Assembly: GCA_951406725.2 (NCBI GenBank)
Contig: OX597840.1
Coordinates: 28,706,001 to 28,770,000, forward strand
Direction of reading: 5' to 3'
Length of the DNA: 64,000 nucleotides
Source of the DNA: Octopus vulgaris
Taxonomy: Eukaryota
Part shown: positions 12,440 through 25,340 of the stretch, piece after piece
Layout of the letters: each line of letters begins with the position of its first letter
Position numbering within the stretch: the stretch's first letter is position 1
Made by a program: the position numbers and the translations under genes
Notes under the pieces: generated by a model
Databases searched by the model: none
What the model saw: only the letters and a program-made list of their open reading frames with translations
What the model was told of the DNA's origin: nothing

Positions 12440-12956
12440 TATACATACATATATACATATTTACATGTAAAAACATACACACACACATATATATATACAT
12501 ATATATATACATACATATATACAAATATATATATATATATATATTTACAGACACACACACATATATACATATATATACATATATACATACATACATATAT
12601 TTATATATATATATATTTACAGACACACACATATATATACATATATACATACATACATATATACAAATATATATATATATATTTACAGACACACACATAT
12701 ATATACATATATATACATATATACATACATACATATATACGTACATACATATATTTATATATATATATATTTACAGACACACACATATATATACATATAT
12801 ATACATATATACATACATACATATATACGTACATACATATATTTATATATATATATATTTACAGACACACACATATATATACATATATACATACATACAC
12901 ACACACACACATATATATACATACATATATACATACTTACACACACACACGTATAT

Positions 12957-13004
<48 letters not shown>

Positions 13005-13357
13005 GAGGAGCATTCACAATTAGTTACATGCATTTACATGTATATATACACATATATTATATACACAATATATCTTTGCACATATGCACATTTATACTCA
13101 TGTACACACATATATATGTATACATATATATATATATGCACATATACATACATATATGTAAAAGTATTGGTTAATATTCACGTTGGCATATACTTTTCAT
13201 CTACAAATACATACACACACTCTCACACATGTAAATGTACATATATACATGCACGTCCATATACATAAATATATGTATATATATACACACATATGTATAT
13301 TCACATACATACACATTTACATCTGTATACACATGCACATTAACACATACGCACACA
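12440..13357. repeat. (TA)/(CA)/(CATA) microsatellite with repeated atatttacagacacacac subunits
   Basis: Subunit recurs five times between about 12543 and 12870. Confidence 0.93.
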
Positions 13358-13359
13358 TC

Positions 13360-13702
13360 TGAGACCCCCTTCAGTCACGACACAGACCATGGGATTTCAA
13401 CTAGGAAGTTCCCCTTTAAGGCACAAGTCCGGGCAAGGTTGTTTATGGAAGACCAGCAGTCACCCATGCATACCGGCCTCCTCTCTCCACGCCACCAGTG
13501 TTATCCAAGGGAAAGGCAGAGGGGCCGATACAGCTTGGTAACTCATTTCTACGTCGCAACTCATTTCTACAGCTGAGTGAACTGGAGCAACGTGAAATAA
13601 AGTGTCTTGCTCAAGAACACAACACTCAGCCCAGTCCGGGATTCAAGCTCACAACCTCACGATCATAAGCTCGACGCTCTAACCACTGAGCCATGCACCT
13701 TC
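13360..13702 (-). mobile_element. tRNA-derived SINE, family D
   Basis: Reverse complement resembles 49836-50145 (ggctcagtggttagagcgtcgagctta...ttcttgagcaagacacttt). Confidence 0.8.
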
Positions 13703-13819
13703 ACATACGCATACATACACATATGTAAATAAGTTTATACTAGTAATCAGTTCATCACGCCTAAGAAAAATGTGATATAGATTGCTTTAGATCAGTTAAA
13801 ATTTGATTGGTTAGTGAAA

Positions 13820-14195
13820 TCTCTCTATATATAAATGGCAAAATGTCTGTCTGTGTGTGTGTGTGTATATCCTTTATACAAATCCACAATTTTTCAGTTA
13901 GAGGGCTCGCACTTTCTATGGTCATTCAAAACTGTCCAAGGGTGGTCGTGCACATCTTTATATTTCCCCAGTCACCCCGCAAAGCCATTAAAAAATTGAT
14001 AGAAGTGATTTTTTTGTGAATTTTCTATCCAAAACCCAATCAAAATTCCCGAAAATTGATACGCCAATTGAATGCCAGCTAGCTGTATGTGATTGATCAG
14101 AGATTTGGACAGTACTCGCGTGTATGTGTGCACGCACGCAGCTGTATATGTATGCACTAGCACTATGACCTGATGTTGCCAGGTCATAGTGCTAG
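13820..14195 (+). mobile_element. Non-autonomous Helitron-like element, second copy
   Basis: Aligns end to end with 11594-11964; A|TC...CTAG|T. Confidence 0.8.
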
Positions 14196-14956
14196 TTATA
14201 AATATTTTTTCAAATCAAGTAGCGTTTCAAGCAAAGTTGGACAGGTTTAACAGTTTATTTAGATTTATTTTTAATAATGAATTAACATTTTATTATTTTC
14301 AATTTTAAGCTGTTCTAATCTAAGAGGAGAGAGAATTGTGTAAAATTTTTTGCATATGGATTTGTTTAAAATTTATTCTTATATAAATATAAGCACCAAA
14401 GTGCACATTTATAAATAATTGGTCGTAAAAGTAAGTTTAAGTGAATAAAGAAACAGGTAATTTGTAAATTGGATGTCTTGCAAACAACTTGCACATGCAA
14501 GTGCTACCAGTCAAAAGCTCCGTATACTGGAAGCCAGCAAGTGTATGGGGTCATCAGGAGAGAATGCGCGCCATTTCGGGGCCTACCTCTCGACGGCATC
14601 AATGCGCACCGGCCCCCCCCTCACTGATATGAGGCCCTGCTTGCTAGATCAACTGGTTATCAAATAAAGCTCAATATTCTTCTAGCCATCGCTCATCGTC
14701 TCTTTTTAACCAAATCCAGTGACTAACCTTCTCCACTGTAGATTGGATATCGGTCATGGTGGTATTGACTTTACGGTGGAAAATGTTCCGCTTTCCAGCC
14801 TGCGTCTTCACATTCCTCGAGGAGGTTTACATAACGGCCAAACTTATTGGTTAGACTTGATTATATATATACAGGCAAGAAATTTGTGTCAATACAGGCA
14901 CAACACATATACACATACATACATACATGCATAAACACATAATATATATATTATAT

Positions 14957-15121
14957 GTACAAGGGGTGGCTGTGTGTTAAGTAGCTTGCTTATGAACCAC
15001 ATGGTTCCGGGTTCAGTCCCACTGCATGGCACCTTGGGCAAGCGTCTTCTACTATAGCCTCAGGCCGACCAAAGGCTTGTGAGTGGATTTGGTAGACGGA
15101 AACTGAAAGAAGCCCATTGTA
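14957..15121 (+). mobile_element. SINE family A, 5' half
   Basis: gtggctgtgtgttaagtagcttgc...ggaaactgaaagaagccc. Confidence 0.85.
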
Positions 15122-15554
15122 TATATGGGAGTGCATATCAGGAATGTGTTTTTGTTGTTAAGGAAGTGTTAATATAGTTATTAATTAAAGGTAGTTTTCT
15201 GAATAATAGTCAACCTGATGTATGTGTTAGATTAAATCAAATAGTTATGAAATTTAGCAATTGTGTATGCTCAAATGTTGGTAGAAGGTTGCTCATGATG
15301 TTTAAAACAGGTTAGGTATAATGGTTGATTGCTTTAAAGGTAAACTAAATATAGGTGTAATGGATGAGTAATATAATATAAATAATAAAATTAAATAATC
15401 AACATGAATATATGTATAAAAAAGAAGATATAAAAAATATAAATATAGAAATATGTGTGCATATCACACCTTGTTTTGTTGTTAAAGATGTGTTGATGTG
15501 GTTATTAATGAAAAGTAGTTGTATAACTAATAGTCAAACAGAAAAAAATGTGAA

Positions 15555-16181
15555 AAAAAACATTCGAGCGAGGTCGTTGCCAGTGCCGCTGGACTGGCCC
15601 CTGTGCAGGTGGCACATAAAAAGCACCATTTGAGCGTGGCCGTTGTCAGTACTGCCTGACTGGCCCCCGTGCCGGTGGCACGTAAAAGCACCCACTACAC
15701 TGTCGGAATGGTTGGTGTTAAGAAGGGCATCCAGCTGTAGATGGAGGCACATGATCTAGTGGTTAGAGCAGCGGACTCGCGGTCGAGGGATTGCGGGTTC
15801 GAATCTCAGACCGGGTGATGTGTGTGTTTATGAGCGAAACACCTAAACTCCACGCGGCTCCGGCAGAAGGTAATGGCGAAACTTCTGCTGACTCTTTCGC
15901 CACAACTTGCTCTCACTCTTTCCTCTTGCATCTTGCAGCTCACCTGCGACGGACTGGCGTCCCGTCCAGGTGGCGAACCTATACGCCAAGGAAACTGGGA
16001 AACCGGCCCTTATGAGCTGGGCAAGGCTCGAGAATGAACAAACAAAAGCAAAACATCCAGCTGTATAAACTCTGCCAGATCAGATTGGAGCCTGGTGCAG
16101 CCATCTGGTTCGCCAGACCTCAGTCAAAATCGTCCAACCCATGCTAGCATGGAAAGCGACGTTAAACTATGATGATGATGA
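15555..16181 (+). mobile_element. Family B element interrupted by a tRNA-derived SINE (15742-16053)
   Basis: TSD catccagctgta at 15728-15739 and 16054-16065; the insert has A/B boxes (tagtggttagagca, ggttcgaatc). Confidence 0.85.
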
Positions 16182-16596
16182 TATGAATATTACCAAGTGT
16201 GTCTGTTCAAAATTTTGATTGATAGTCAAACAGTTATAAAGGTTAGCAATTATGTATGCTCAAATGTTGGTAGAAGGTTATTCTTGGTGTGTACAAAATA
16301 CTAATTAGTATTGGTGATTTTTATAAAATTATGAGACGGCGAGAGGAAAATGGAAAAAAGAAAGAACAGAAATATTAAATGGATGACTGATTTCCACAAA
16401 GGGTTAATAGCAAGAAGTATTGGGGAGAAAGGAAGAGAGAGAGAAAAAGAGAGAGTATTGGTATCTACTCCCCTTTGGTATCCTGGACCAGTTTCTTAGA
16501 ATATATTTTTGCTTGTGTAAGGAGAGTGTAAATTTTCCAATTTGATATTTAGTTGGTATGTAAGGACATTCTGGGCATTAGGCAGCTCCTAAGTGT

Positions 16597-16793
16597 TACT
16601 CTTTTACTCTTTTACTTGTTTCAGCCATCTGACTGTGGCCATGCTGGAGCATCGCCTTTAGTCGAGTAAATCGACCCCTGGACTAGTACTTATTCTATCG
16701 GTCTCTTTTGCCGAACCGCTAAGTTACGGGGACGTAAACATACCAGCATCGGTTGTCAAGCGATGTTGGGAGGACAAACGCAGACACACAAAC

Positions 16794-16853
<60 letters not shown>

Positions 16854-17073
16854 TAATTGTTATCGCCATATTAATATGGCAGTCTTATAGATATAAGACT
16901 AAAAGCTGTCGCTGATTATCTCCATGAGGCCATCGCCTTAAGATAGCTATTTGACACACTTTGACACACAGTTTGTGTGTCAAATAAGACTGCCATATTA
17001 ATATGACGATAACAATTAATTTCCAGTAACGCTGCCGTAATCTCTTTTAGAGAGACTTAGTAATTTTAATATT

Positions 17074-17114
<41 letters not shown>

Positions 17115-17299
17115 TTATATATACATACATATATACGGCAGGCTTCTTTCAGTTTCCGTCTACCAAATCCACTCACAAGGCTTTGGTCGGCCCGGGGGCT
17201 ATAGCAGAAGACACTTGCCCAAGGTGCCACGCAGTGGGATTGAACCCAGGACCATGTGGTTGGTAAGCAAGCTACTTACCACACAACCACTCCTACACC
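16597..17299 (-). mobile_element. SINE family A with a fold-back insert (about 16850-17080) in its internal (TA)n
   Basis: Both halves present; insert arms 16850-16888 and 16984-17022 are inverted. Confidence 0.85.
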
Positions 17300-17640
17300 T
17301 ATTTTCCTCAGTAAACTCAATCCATGTCTGTTGTTGTTGTTGGAGTAAAACTTGCATCTCTCCGATATCCTCAATTTGAACATGATATCCTCAGCTGAAC
17401 ATGTAAACATGTCCAGTGATGTGGAACTGTTTCCTGGCTTGGAAACAAGTGAGGTTTTGTGACAAGAGGGACTTCCGGCCGTAAAATAAAATCTGCCCCA
17501 ATGAATTTTGTTTAACTTATGCAAGCATGACAAAGTGGATGTAAATAGAATGACACCAGGTTCATTTGTTTTGTGACACAATAGAATTCTGCTTACATAA
17601 GCAATATTTCAGTATATTTATGTATGAGTCATCAATATAT

Positions 17641-18056
17641 TACTGTTTTACTCTTTTACTTGTGTCAGTCATTTGACTGTGGCCATGCTGGAGCACCACT
17701 TTTAGTCGAGGAAATCGACCCCAGGACTTATTCTTTGTAAGCCTAGTACTTATTCTATCGGTCGCTTTTGCCGAACCACTAAGTTATGGTGACGTAAACA
17801 CACCAGCATCGGTTGTCAAGCGATGTTGGGGGGGACAAACACAGACATACAAACATATATGTACGCACACACATATATATATATACATATATACGACGGG
17901 CTTCTTTCAGTTTCCGTCTACCAAATCCACTCACAAGGCTTTGGTTGGCCTGAGGCTATAGTAGAAGACACTTGCACAAGGTGCCATGCAGTGGGACTGA
18001 ACCCGGAACCATGTGGTTCGTAAACAAGCTACTTACCACACAGCCACTCCTATGTC
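17641..18056 (-). mobile_element. SINE family A, full length
   Basis: Reverse complement of 39797-40202. Confidence 0.88.
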
Positions 18057-18375
18057 TATATATTTATTTTTCAACACCGATTTTTGTATAAATTAACCTC
18101 TTAGTATTCAGATTACTCTGTCAAATGTAATACTTATTTCTTCGTATTGCTTTGAATTAATCATACATTATCTTGTAGCTCTGAAATTTTGGTGTGTTTG
18201 TTTAGTTTTAGAATGTTGTAGGATAGATATAAAGGGCTGAATATTGCCAGTTTGAATATAAAACAACTGGAATATTTGAGCCAGATATCTTTTCGTGGAA
18301 GAAGATTTATGTTCCTATAACCTGTGTTAATTCTGTAACCCTTTAAAATGGAAGATAAGAAAGTTCATTTCACAA

Positions 18376-18551
18376 ACGGATTAAGTCGATTTTATCGACC
18401 CCAGTGCATAACTGGTACTTATTTAATCGACCCTGAAAGGATGAAAGGCAAAGTCGACCTTGGCGGAATTTGAACCCAGAACGTATCGGCAGACGAAATA
18501 CGGCTACGCATTTTCACCCAGCGTGATAACGATTCTGCCAGCTCGCCGCCT
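18376..18551 (-). mobile_element. SINE family C
   Basis: Reverse complement of gcctttcatcctttcggggtcgat...aagtaccag. Confidence 0.8.
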
Positions 18552-18556
18552 TTTCT

Positions 18557-18855
18557 GTGTCTTCTACTATGGCCTCGGGCCGACCAAACCCTTGTGAGTG
18601 GATTTGGTAGATGGAAACTGAAAGAAGCCCATCGTATATATGTGTATATATATGTGTGTCTGTGTTTTTGTCCCCAAAGTCGCTTGACAACTGATGCTGG
18701 TGTGTTTACGTCCCTGTAACTTAGTGGTTGGGCATAAGAGACTGATAGAATAAGTACTAGGCTTACAAAGAATAAGTCCTGGGGTTGATTTGCTTGACTA
18801 AATGTGGTGCTCCAGCATGGCCACAGTCAAATGACTGAAACAAATAAAGAGAGTA
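18557..18855 (+). mobile_element. SINE family A, 5'-truncated
   Basis: gtgtcttctactat...gactgaaacaa. Confidence 0.85.
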
Positions 18856-18921
18856 TAAACAAATCATTTGTGTAGGTCGTTTGGCAAAAAAACTTAATGC
18901 TCGTTTTCAGCAGGAGTCCAT

Positions 18922-18990
<69 letters not shown>

Positions 18991-19459
18991 CAGCAGCAGC
19001 AGTAGTAGCAGCAGCAGCAACAGCTATCTTCTTAATAACAAGGGTGAAGATTTTCTGAAAGAATCTGTTATAAAACCACCTCTGCAGATCTAAGAGACTG
19101 TTGACCTGTCAAAAAATAGGTCATTAGGTTGTGTCAGGTCAGCTCAGGTCATTAATCAGTGGGAGGTTCTTCCCCCCTCCCACCCCCATAATAATATAAT
19201 CTACTTTTTGTCACTTTGTTATTAATTAATTAATCACTCAATATTGACTGACAGCTCTGTTGGAGGGCAACATCTTAGATGAGCCTCTATGTGGTTGGTG
19301 GATTTGTTAGAAATAGCAGTTGAAGTTCCTCAAATCACACACTCTAATATTAACATTGATTGCCTAACTACTAAGTTTTGGGGATGTGAACAAACCAACA
19401 CTGGTTGCCAAGTGTTTGTGGGCTGGGGAACAGCACAAACATAGAGACATACATACAAA

Positions 19460-19990
19460 TCAATCAAAATCAAAATCGATGACTGGTATCCGTGCTAGCA
19501 GGATGCAAAGAGTACCATACGTGTGTGATCATTGCCAGAGCGGCTAACGGGCTTCCGTGCCAGTGGCACTTAAAAGGCACCACTCGAGCGTGATCATTAC
19601 TAGCATTGCCTTACTGGCACCTGTGCTAGTGGCATGTGTAAAAAGATTCGAGTGAGGTCGTTGCCAGTACCACCTGACTGGCCCCTGTGCCAGTGGCACG
19701 TAAAAAGCACCCTCTACACTCTCAACTGGCTTCGGTGGCATGTAAAAAGCACCAACCAATTGTGGCAATTGCCAGCCTCACCTGGCACCTGTGTTGGTGG
19801 CACATTAAAAGCAACCACTACACTCACGGAGTGGTTGGCATTAGGAAGGGCATCCAGCTGTAGAAACACTGACAGATCAGACTGGAGCCTGGTGCAGCCT
19901 CCTGGCTTCCCAGATCCCAGTCAAACCATCCAACCCATGCTAGCATGGAAAACGGATGTTAAACGATGATGATGATGATGATGACGATGA
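19460..19990 (+). mobile_element. Family B element with (GAT)n tail
   Basis: Repeated gtggcac..aaaagcacc modules then ggaaaacggatgttaaacgatgatg. Confidence 0.8.
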
Positions 19991-20370
19991 CCCTCTCTGT
20001 AACTTCCATCACCTGGTCCAACAGTTTGATACCTCTGTAATTATTTCTGTCTAAAGCACCACCTTTACCTTTGTAGCAGTCGACTACAATGCTGCTGATT
20101 CTTTTGCGGACAACCCGATTAACTGTTCGGATGATTAGATCATAACCTGCACTGCTCGATATTTCATGCATCTCAATAGGGACTCCAGATGGGCTGGGGT
20201 CTGTCCCTGTCTTCATATCCTTCATGGCTTTATCTACCATGCTACTATCTATTCAGGTTGCTGATCCCTCTGTTGGATCCACATTAGGCAGACTCTCCTT
20301 CTCCCATCAGTTCTCTATATTTAGTAGCCTTTCATAGCGGCACTTACAAGCCTCTTTCTTTGCAGAGTCA
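19985..20370 (-). mobile_element. RTE-like LINE fragment (RT N-terminal region)
   Basis: VDKAMKDMKTG..PSG...YKGKG...NNYRGIKLL. Confidence 0.8.
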
Positions 20371-20436
20371 CTAATTAAATGTGAACTATATACATACATG
20401 CATATATATACATGTTTGTATATATGTCTGTATGTC

Positions 20437-20745
20437 TGTCATTATTCAGTTTATTGCACAATTTCTTGCCAATAGAAGAAGAACTGGTTTCTAACCTAAA
20501 TCAAAGGCTCCTTCATTGGAATTTCAACATCAACATCAAGGTGTTTTTGTATGTGTGTGTGTGTGTGTGTGCATGTGCATGTGCGTGTGTGTGTGTGTGT
20601 GTGTTTGTGCATGTGCAGATTTGTATGTTTTATGTATGTATTCTCATGCGTATAGTTACATATCCAGGCATGCTCATATATATTTAAATGATGAACTTCT
20701 GGAAAGTTTTACAGATTTTTACAGTTCCAGTGAGGGATTGGAACT
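20437..20745 (+). repeat. Unclassified interspersed repeat with internal microsatellite; inverted copy at about 43233-43672
   Basis: gtcattattcagtttatt...atatttaaatgatgaacttctggaaa occurs in both orientations. Confidence 0.75.
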
Positions 20746-20755
20746 GTAGTATGTA

Positions 20756-20814
<59 letters not shown>

Positions 20815-20989
20815 ATGTGGAAATTGAATATGTGTGTGTGTATGTATATACATACATATATATATATATAAAAATAGTAATGCAATACGAGAGTATTACT
20901 TTCCAGTAAAGAATAGCCCGTAATTATTACGTTCGCTATTTTCCAGTAAATATCGGTACTTCGTTGTACCATATATTTACTTCTATATA

Positions 20990-21682
20990 TTGGGCCTTAC
21001 TGAAGCAATGACTAGTGACCGAGACCTTTGGAGGTATGTTGTGCTTAAGAAGATCTGACAAGCCAAGTGAGACCATAGCGCATGGCCTATGCCAGTGGGT
21101 GTAAACAGCCCATTTATGAATACCCCTCATTCATTGGACAATAAACTTTGCTTGCAAAGATCTGTTGAGGCAAGTGAAATCAAAATCAAAAGTGCTGACG
21201 TGGCTGACAGTACTGCCTGATTGGCACCCATGCCAGTGGAACATTAAAAGCACAACCAAGCGTGATTGTTGCCAGGGCCCCTGATTGACTCCTGTGCCGG
21301 AGACATGTAAAAAGCACCATTTGAGCATGGTTGTTGTCAGCGTCACCTTACCAGCGTGTGTTCCGGTGGCACGTGATAAACAACATTTGAGCATGGGTGT
21401 TGCCAGTGCCACTGGACTGGTTTCTGTGCAGTAAAAAACACGTAAAAAACACCTTTTGAGTGTGGTCATTCCCAGAACCACCTGACTGGCCCTCATGCCG
21501 GTGGCACGTAAAAGCACCCACTACACTCTCAGATTGGTTGGCGTTAGGAAGGGCGTACAGCTGTAGAAACTCTGCCAGATCAGACTGGAGCCTGGTGCAG
21601 TCATCTGGTTCACCAATCCTCAGTCAAACCATCCAACCCATGCCAGCATGGAAAGTAGACGTTAAACGATGATGATGATGAT

Positions 21683-21685
<3 letters not shown>
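20990..21685 (+). mobile_element. Family B element, long copy
   Basis: Same modules and (GAT)n tail as 19460-19990. Confidence 0.8.
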
Positions 21686-21728
<43 letters not shown>

Positions 21729-21984
21729 TACACATGCATATATATACATATATACATGTGTGTTTGTGTGTCTCCTTGTTGTGGCATCTCATGATAATTG
21801 TAAACAAGCATCCCTGTCATACAACCAGTGTTGTTCTTTTCCAGTCTTCCAGAAATATTACCTTGCCTGGAAGCAGGTGAGGGTTGGTGACAGGATGGGC
21901 ACCCTGCTGTAGAAAATCTGGCTCAACGAATTCTGTTTGGTCTATGTGAGCATAGGAAAGGTGGGCCTTAAAATAACAACAGCA

Positions 21985-22317
21985 TTGTTGATGATGATGA
22001 TGATGGTATTGGTAGTTATGATGATGATGATGACGATGATGATGATAATGATGATGATGATGAGGATGACGATGATGATGATCATGTCAATGATGACAAT
22101 GATGATGATGATGATGATGACGATGATGATGATGACAATGATGACGATGATGATGATGATGATGATGGTATTGGTTGTTATGATGATGATGCCGATGATG
22201 ATGATGGTATTGGTAGTTATGATGATCATGATAACGATGATGATGATGATGGTGGTGATGGTGGTGGTGGTATTGGTAGTTATGATGATGATGTTGTTGA
22301 TGATGATAATGATGATG
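21985..22317 (+). repeat. (GAT)n/(GGT)n tract ending about 50 nt before the exon 2 acceptor
   Basis: Direct reading. Confidence 0.97.
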
Positions 22318-22367
22318 TGAAAGCAAAACTCTTACTGAAATTCTTTCTGTTTCAATCCCTGCTGTAG

Positions 22368-22563
22368 GTAGCCGTGAAGAATCTGATAGGATAATCAGCC
22401 GCTTGCTAGAATTTGGTGCCTACATCAACTGCCAAGACAGTCGTGGCTTCACACCTCTGCATTCTACAGCGTGCACCTGTGTTATGGGGCAGGTGGTACC
22501 TGTCTCCTCTCTCCGGATCCTTATTGGCGCTGGTGCCAAAGTATCACACCACAGTCCGAACAG
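22368..22563 (+). CDS. ASB-like protein, coding exon 2 (not in ORF track)
   Basis: ttctttctgtttcaatccctgctgtag| ... AACAG|gtaagt; translates (C)SREESDRIISRLLEFGAYINCQDSRGFTPLHSTAC...LRILIGAGAKVSHHSPN(R); phases 1 and 2 fit both neighbours. Confidence 0.92.
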
Positions 22564-22639
22564 GTAAGTTTGGCCACTGGGCAGTTTTGCCGGGGTTTTT
22601 TGCATATCAGGTAATTCTTGCTGATGCTACTTTCTTTCT

Positions 22640-22885
22640 TTTCTCTCCTCCCCCCTCCTCCTCCTCCCTTCTTCTTCTCCTCCTCCTCTTCCTCCTCCCT
22701 TCTCCTCCTCCCCTCCTCCCCCATGTGCTCTTCCTCGTCTTCTTTTTTCACCTCTTCCTCCCCCTCCTCTTCCATGTGCTCTTCCTCGTCTTCTTCCTCT
22801 TTCACCTCTTCCTTGTCCACTTCCTCCCCCCTCTCCTCCCCTCCTCCTCCACCACCACCGCCACCACCACCACCACCACCACCAT
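22640..22885 (+). repeat. (CCT)/(CTT)/(CAC) low-complexity tract
   Basis: Direct reading. Confidence 0.9.
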
Positions 22886-23127
22886 TTGGTTGCTATTTCT
22901 AGCATTTCCATTGACCACATAGTAGAGGCTCTCTCTCAGTCTAAGGTAAGTAGAACCAAATGATGGCATCTTGCTGGGCACTAAATAATTTGGTTGTTAT
23001 TTCTAGCATTTTTATTGCTCATGTCAGAGAAGGTTCCTCAGTTGAAAACAAGGATGCAGCGAAAGGATGCAGCAGATGCTGCTAAATACATCCCAGAATC
23101 AATTGGTACCGTTACACTGGATATGAA

Positions 23128-23556
23128 ATACTCTCTTTACTCTTTTTACTTGTTTCAGTCATTTGACTGCGGTCATGCTGGAGCACCGCCTTTAGTCGAG
23201 CAAATCGACCCTGGGACTTATTCTTTTGTAAGCCCAGTACTTATTCTATCGGTCTCTTTTGCCGAACCATTAAGTGACGGGGACGTAAACACACCAGCAT
23301 CGGTTGTCAAGCAATGCTAGGGGGACAAACACAGACACACAAACATACACACACACATACACACATATATATATATATATATACATATATACGATGGGCT
23401 TCTTTCAGTTTCCGTCTACCAAATCCACTCACAAGACATTGGTCGGCCCGAGGCTATAGTAGAAGACACTTACCCAAGGTGCCATGCAGTGGGACTGAAC
23501 CCGGAACCATGTGGTTGGTAAGCAAGCTACTTACCACACAGCCACTCCTGCGCCTA
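23128..23556 (-). mobile_element. SINE family A, full length
   Basis: Reverse complement of 39797-40202. Confidence 0.88.
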
Positions 23557-23655
23557 TAAATACATAGATTTGGTTGCTATTTCTAGCGTTTTTATTGACC
23601 ACATAGGAGACACTTCCTCAGTAGCAGGAAAGGGAAAGTCATTTCCAATGACCGC

Positions 23656-23689
<34 letters not shown>

Positions 23690-24099
23690 CGGCTCCCTCA
23701 TTGAAAGGCAAGAATGCGCCAAGGTTGCAGGGAAGTAATTATGCAAACAAAAAAAAAAAGGCAAAACAAAAATAAACAAACAAAAAAAATGGGAAAAAAA
23801 ATATGTTCATTGAGGAAATATAATTGCTTTCGTTGAATAAGATCAGGTAATTAATATGAGGTAATTAATTAACTATGAGTTTAGGCAAGTTCAGGTAAGT
23901 TCTGGTAGATGGCCAAATACAATGTAGGTCAAAGCACCGAGATATACTTAGGTGCCCAGACATAAAATATGTGCAGTTGTAATCAATTTGTAGTTTCCAT
24001 TAACGAGATATTTCCTTTTGTGTTTCTTGTTCCCATATTGACTGTTTTTTAAAAATATTTTTTGTGTAGTTTTTTATTGTTCCTGTTATTATTAAGGTG

Positions 24100-24680
24100 T
24101 GTTGTAGGTAGAATTGTTAGCAGGCTGGCCAAAATGCTTAGTGGTATTTCGTCTGCGGTTATGTTCTGAGTTCAAATTCCGCCGAGGTCAGCTTTGCCTT
24201 TCATCCTTTCGGGGTCGATTAAATAAGTACCAGTTACGCACTGGGGTCGATGTAATCGACTTTAATCCGTTTGTCTGACCTTGTTTGTCCCCTCTGTGTG
24301 TAGCCCCTTGTGGGTAGTAAAGAAGTAGAAATAGGTATTTCGTCTGCGGTTATGTTCTGAGTTCAAATTCCGCCAAGGTCGACTTTGCCTTTCATCCTTT
24401 CAGGGTCGATTAAATAAGTACCAGTTATGCACCGGGGTCGATATAATCGACTTAATCCAATTGTCTGTCCTTATTTGTCCTCTCTGTGTTTAGCCCCTTG
24501 TGGGTAGTAAAGAAATAGGTATTTTGTCCCTCTTTACATTCTGAGTTCAAATTCCACTGGGGCCGACTTTGCCTTTCTTCTTTTCAGGGTTGATAAATTA
24601 AATACCAGTCAAGTATTGGGGTCGATGTGATTGACTTTCACCCTCCCCCAAAATTTCAGGCCTTGTGTTTAGAGTAGAAA
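24100..24680 (+). mobile_element. SINE family C with three internal ~185-bp units
   Basis: ttctgagttcaaattcc...gcctttcatcctttcggggtcga...taagtaccag repeated three times; the central block resembles the MetaSINE domain (from memory). Confidence 0.82.
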
Positions 24681-24757
24681 GGATTATTATTATTATTATT
24701 ATTAAGGCAGCAAACTGGCAGAGTCATTAGCAATCTGGGCAAAAGGCTTAGTGGCAT

Positions 24758-24797
<40 letters not shown>

Positions 24798-25081
24798 TAT
24801 ATTTATATAAAGTTCAAGAGATACAGGGAAGAAGTTCACCTCAGGCAGACTCCCTGTCCGTGTTCCATCTTACAGCCTTTACAGTGTACACAGAGCATTG
24901 AGCAGCAGTCATGATATCAGCCTCTTAGGTACTTAGTGCATCTTGATACAGGTAACTCTTTTCCAGTCCTGCAGATGGCTTCCAGTCCTTCATGTCAGCT
25001 AACTTTCTTTCAACTGCAACTTTAATCTTTATGCTCTCCAATGCCATTGATTTTTCACCAATACATTGAGCACCCTGTAGA

Positions 25082-25126
<45 letters not shown>

Positions 25127-25131
<5 letters not shown>

Positions 25132-25340
25132 ATACAAACAAGAAAACACAAAAAAACAAAAAAACACAACAACGCGAGGACGTGGAACAAATAAAGTATT
25201 ATTGGACGCTCAGGAAAGAAGGGAAGAAGGAGGGTTTAACGTTTCGAGCGGAGCTCTTTGTTGGAAACATAGGAGAAGGAAAGATATCGAGAAGGGAAGA
25301 CAGAGGAAAAAAATCGCCAGCGGTACTCACGAGGTCATTA
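25127..25340 (-). mobile_element. Penelope-like terminal fragment with decayed hammerhead (about 25235-25268)
   Basis: Minus strand ccaacaaa-gagc-tcc-gctc-GAAA-cg-tt; same family as about 7213-7315; abuts (TA)n. Confidence 0.55.

Noticed and set aside
14547-14582. GAAA...CTGATGA on the minus strand as a type-II hammerhead
   Set aside because: The would-be stem II strands are both cccc and cannot pair; no stem I.
22413-22922. 169-aa ORF over exon 2
   Set aside because: Wrong frame; it runs into a CCT repeat, and the ankyrin sequence is in another frame.
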